From NCBI GenBank assembly GCA_965226795.1, contig CBDDDZ010000005.1, forward strand, positions 448,001 through 512,000: 64,000 nucleotides of DNA, read 5' to 3'. Every line of letters starts with the position of its first letter. The first letter of the stretch is position 1. Below, piece after piece: positions 60,818 to 64,000 of this stretch. Source of the DNA: Candidatus Latescibacterota bacterium. Lineage in GTDB: Bacteria > Latescibacterota > UBA2968 > GCA-2709665. Below the pieces are notes generated by a model. It worked only from the letters and a program-made list of their open reading frames with translations. It searched no databases and was not told where the DNA came from. The position numbers and the translations under genes are program-made.

Positions 60818-60879
60818 GGTGACGTTGGGTCCCTGCCGCCTTCACGTCCGCGCCGCTTGGACCTTCGACGACCAAGCGG

Positions 60880-61896
60880 CTATGGCCGCGTGATGGTCGG
60901 CGGGTTGACGATATTTCTAAGCGGCTGACCGAGCAGAGCCCGTCTGCAGGTTTCGGCGGTCTTGACGCGCAGATCCGTCAGGCTCTGCTCCGAGTAAAAG
61001 GCCGAATGGGGCGTGATAAGCACGCGATGGTGCGCGGGGTGGCCGGGGTTGCGCCATGCCTCGATGAGCGGATCGTCTTCTTCGAGTTGTTCCCATTCGA
61101 ATACGTCGATCCCCGCGCCCGCCAGACGGCCGGATGCAACAGCGTCCGGGATCGCCGACGTATCAACTATGGCGCCGCGGGCGGTGTTCACCAGGTATGC
61201 GCCTTCTGGCATCAGAGCGATGGCTTCGGCGTTGATTATGTGGCGGGTTTCGTCGGTCAGCGGGCAGTGGATGCTGAGCGTGAAGGCCTGGCCAAGGGTT
61301 TCCTCCAGGGTTTCCACGCGTCGTATGCCCAGGGCCTTGGCGTATCCGTCCGGCTTGTAGGGGTCGTAAAAACACACATCCATGCCCAACGCCTTCGCGC
61401 GCAGGGCAGCGGCGGTGCCGATCCGTCCCAGGCCGAGGATTCCAAATACGCTGCCACGGATGCGTTGCAGAGGCGCCGCCTGGGAGGGGGACCAGGGTCC
61501 CTGGGAAGCGCGCAGACGGGAGTTGAGAAACGCGACGCCCCGGATCATTGAAACCGCCATGCCGACGGCCGCATCGGCCACGTCTTCGGTTCCGTAGTCG
61601 GGCACGTTGCAAACCGGAATGCCCAGTTCTTGGGCGCAGGCGACGTCAACATTGTCGAATCCGACGCCGCCCCGGGCGATGACCTTACACCGCCGCAGGC
61701 GTCTGAGGGTGCTTCCGGAAACCGCGATATAGTGATACGCAATGATGGCGTCGGCGTCTTCGATTCTTCCTGTGAGTTCGTCTTCCCCGGTCGCATTCAG
61801 AACCCGGACGCCGGCGACGTCGTAAAGGATTTCCCTTTCGAGATCGGGATTGGCGATGAAGTCCGTGATAACGACGTCTAAATTCCGGCTGGACAT
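60880..61896 (-). CDS. D-isomer-specific 2-hydroxyacid dehydrogenase (CtBP-like)
   Basis: GVGFDNVD, NVPDYG, GLGRIG, HCPLTDET, VNTARG, GIDVFE.E, TPHSAFYS. Confidence 0.92.
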   Translation of the reverse strand: MSSRNLDVVITDFIANPDLEREILYDVAGVRVLNATGEDELTGRIEDADAIIAYHYIAVSGSTLRRLRRCKVIARGGVGFDNVDVACAQELGIPVCNVPDYGTEDVADAAVGMAVSMIRGVAFLNSRLRASQGPWSPSQAAPLQRIRGSVFGILGLGRIGTAAALRAKALGMDVCFYDPYKPDGYAKALGIRRVETLEETLGQAFTLSIHCPLTDETRHIINAEAIALMPEGAYLVNTARGAIVDTSAIPDAVASGRLAGAGIDVFEWEQLEEDDPLIEAWRNPGHPAHHRVLITPHSAFYSEQSLTDLRVKTAETCRRALLGQPLRNIVNPPTITRP

Positions 61897-62118
61897 TTCG
61901 GATAGGGCAGCAGATGAGAGAATTCGGGTTGGCAGGCTTTCAAAGACCACAACCTATGTTCGAATTCTGAGCAAGTCAAGCCCATTCCAGGCAGCCTGAA
62001 AGGTCCCGGGTAATGGGGAGTTGATGGTGTTGTTTATTCCAGCGTATGAAGACCGTACGCGGTACGAATGGCCGGAGGCTCAAGCATGGATCGTCGTGGT
62101 GCGTTTGCGATTCCTCTG

Positions 62119-63375
62119 TCAGCCATCGTACCCGAGCCCGCGCCATCGCGCGCGGGCGTATCGGATGGCATCCTGGCCCGGTTTCACGCAACCCCGCGTG
62201 CTGGGAGGAGGCTGGCCGCGCCCGGCGTCTTCGGGGTAGGGCGACCAGTGGTCCTCCACGTAGGGTCTGCAGGCGGTCTTCCTGTGGAAGTCGGGAACCG
62301 GATAGGGAGCGCCGTTCTCCAGGCAGGAGCGCCATGCCTGCACGCCTACGGCGGCCATGGCGACGCCGCGGTACACGTTCAAATAGGGCTGGCGGCCCGA
62401 ACGGATCGCGCGCACGAAGTGAAAATTCGTCCAGAAGTCCCCGCCCCCATGGCCTGCCCTTCGTGCGAGGTCGCCGCGTTCGGGCCAGTCGGCGGTGTAG
62501 GTGCGGTCCACTGGCTGGCCTTTGTCTCGCAGCCAATCTTCATGGTGAATACGGACGCAACTCCAGTGGTTGGGTTCGGCGGTGGCGATGAGACCCCGTT
62601 CGCCGTGAATTTCGTAGCGCACCCGGTGGATGGAACTGAGCTGCAAGCCCAGAATTCGAAAGACGGCGCCGTTGTCCATCCGGACCAGTATCAGACCGCC
62701 CTGATCCCCCACGCGCACCCGGTGGGGAGATTGGGTGGGTTCTTCAACAATGGACAGCGCATTGACGGAAACGGGCATGGTACCCGTGACGCACATCAGG
62801 GGCGCGAGCGCGTGGCTGCAGTAGTAGGTGGGCGGGATCCAGTTGCGCCAGTGGTTCAGGCCCGGAGAGATGCCCAGTCGCCAGTCCTCTTCGGCTGCGT
62901 GGTTGTATTCGCCTTCGGCGTAGGTGACGTTTCCGATCTCTCCGCTGCGGTAGAGGCGGCGCAATTCCTGATTGGCCGAGGAGAAAGGGTAGTTTTCAGC
63001 GAACATGTAGATGTTGCCGCTTGCTTCCACGGCGCGGCACAGGGCAACCCCTTCGGCGAGTGTCTTGCACGCGGCGGTTTCGCTCATCACGTGTTTTTCC
63101 GCCCGAAGGGCCTTGATGGCGAAAGGTGCATGCTCATGGCTGTAATTCGCCAGGATGACCGCGTCCATTTCATGTTCCAGAAAACGGTCGTAGTCGGTGT
63201 ATGTGGCCACCCCGTATTCTCTACCGACCTGTTCGAGTCTCTCCTTCCAGGTATCACATAGCGCCACGAGTTTCATGCCCACGGCGTCGGTCGCGCCCCG
63301 GGCGAAGCTCTGTCCCCTACCGACACCGATGATACCCACCCGGATGGGGTCCGTATCGGAATTGCGCTTTTCCAT
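62119..63375 (-). CDS. Gfo/Idh/MocA family oxidoreductase
   Basis: IRVGIIGVGRG, VALCD, KHVMSE, FAENY, AEGEY.H, GHGGGD. Confidence 0.88.
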   Translation of the reverse strand: MEKRNSDTDPIRVGIIGVGRGQSFARGATDAVGMKLVALCDTWKERLEQVGREYGVATYTDYDRFLEHEMDAVILANYSHEHAPFAIKALRAEKHVMSETAACKTLAEGVALCRAVEASGNIYMFAENYPFSSANQELRRLYRSGEIGNVTYAEGEYNHAAEEDWRLGISPGLNHWRNWIPPTYYCSHALAPLMCVTGTMPVSVNALSIVEEPTQSPHRVRVGDQGGLILVRMDNGAVFRILGLQLSSIHRVRYEIHGERGLIATAEPNHWSCVRIHHEDWLRDKGQPVDRTYTADWPERGDLARRAGHGGGDFWTNFHFVRAIRSGRQPYLNVYRGVAMAAVGVQAWRSCLENGAPYPVPDFHRKTACRPYVEDHWSPYPEDAGRGQPPPSTRGCVKPGQDAIRYARARWRGLGYDG

Positions 63376-63539
63376 TCGCAGGTGCTCCTCTACAAGATGG
63401 GCTGAACACCTGGCGTGAATCCCACTGCAGGTATTCCGCGATCACTCCGTTCCGATCCGAAACGGGACCAGAACCCGTGCGGTCATACGGGATATGCGCC
63501 AAGATTGGTGAGCGGCCCCGGAGTCTTGTCTGGTGTAGA

Positions 63540-64000
63540 TCAAGCGTCTAGCAACCGCCTCAAATACTCGCCCTGTTCGCCAAGTTTGGTATCGTCGTCG
63601 CCAGGGCCGAAGTCTTCCAGTGAGAGATAGCCGGCGTAACCGACGTCTTTGAAGTCACGGATGATCTGGCCGATGTCGGCAATGCCTTCCCGAAGGTCGG
63701 CGAAGTCCCATTCCCAATCCAAAGCGCCCAGGCGATCGCGGCCGGTGGTGACGGGTCGGCCATTGCCGATGTGGCAATGGGCGAGATAGGGGCCGAGCAG
63801 TTCCATGCCCATCCTGGTGTCTTCCAGGCCCACGCGCAGCATGTTCGGTATGTCGTATATCGCGCCGATACGTTCCGGGTCCAGGTCTCGCAGCAGTTCG
63901 ATGGCGCGCGAACAGGTGACGGCGACGGTGCCCACGTGAATTTCATAGAGAATTTTGACGTTGTATTGCCGCGCGGTTTCAACGAGGCTCGCGAAACCCG
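63540..64000 (-). CDS. Sugar phosphate isomerase/epimerase (TIM barrel), C-terminal part; 5' end outside window
   Basis: EIH, YDIPN, HCHI, GIADI, GY.GYLSLED. Confidence 0.8.
   Translation of the reverse strand, partial: GFASLVETARQYNVKILYEIHVGTVAVTCSRAIELLRDLDPERIGAIYDIPNMLRVGLEDTRMGMELLGPYLAHCHIGNGRPVTTGRDRLGALDWEWDFADLREGIADIGQIIRDFKDVGYAGYLSLEDFGPGDDDTKLGEQGEYLRRLLDA

Overview
Bacterial chromosomal window, visually about 60% GC, with a mostly housekeeping and catabolic gene set. The C-terminal DFDxDG..GFxDF repeat domain, the many Gfo/Idh/MocA, SDR and enolase-superfamily genes, and DUF3604 suggest a Latescibacterota/Gemmatimonadota-like organism (inference). Housekeeping genes include cysK, rpsT, an FKBP, pyrH, purD, purE, dapA/dapB, GTP-PEPCK, ispH, dut, hflX, mrp, ggt and rarA, plus an RND-MFP-TolC efflux set. 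Main observations: (1) a MITE-like repeat family of about 150 bp with imperfect terminal inverted repeats occurs at five or more places, and two inverted copies tightly bracket a class III aminotransferase gene; (2) a lysine riboswitch with terminator precedes dapA-pckG-dapB and a large transaldolase-like gene; (3) a lower-GC HEPN (RxxxxH) gene has a single in-frame TAG just before the catalytic motif and a divergent small Cys-containing ORF; (4) an M28 peptidase is fused to an AAC(3) acetyltransferase; (5) a PPP-containing leader peptide and terminator precede an orphan sigma-70 region-4 protein; (6) a structured RNA candidate of about 150 nt lies upstream of pyrH-purD-purE; (7) frameshifts and nonsense codons cluster at 9.5-16 kb, reflecting either gene decay or assembly error. 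I recognised no tRNA, rRNA, CRISPR array or transposase. All calls come from reading the sequence; no searches were run.
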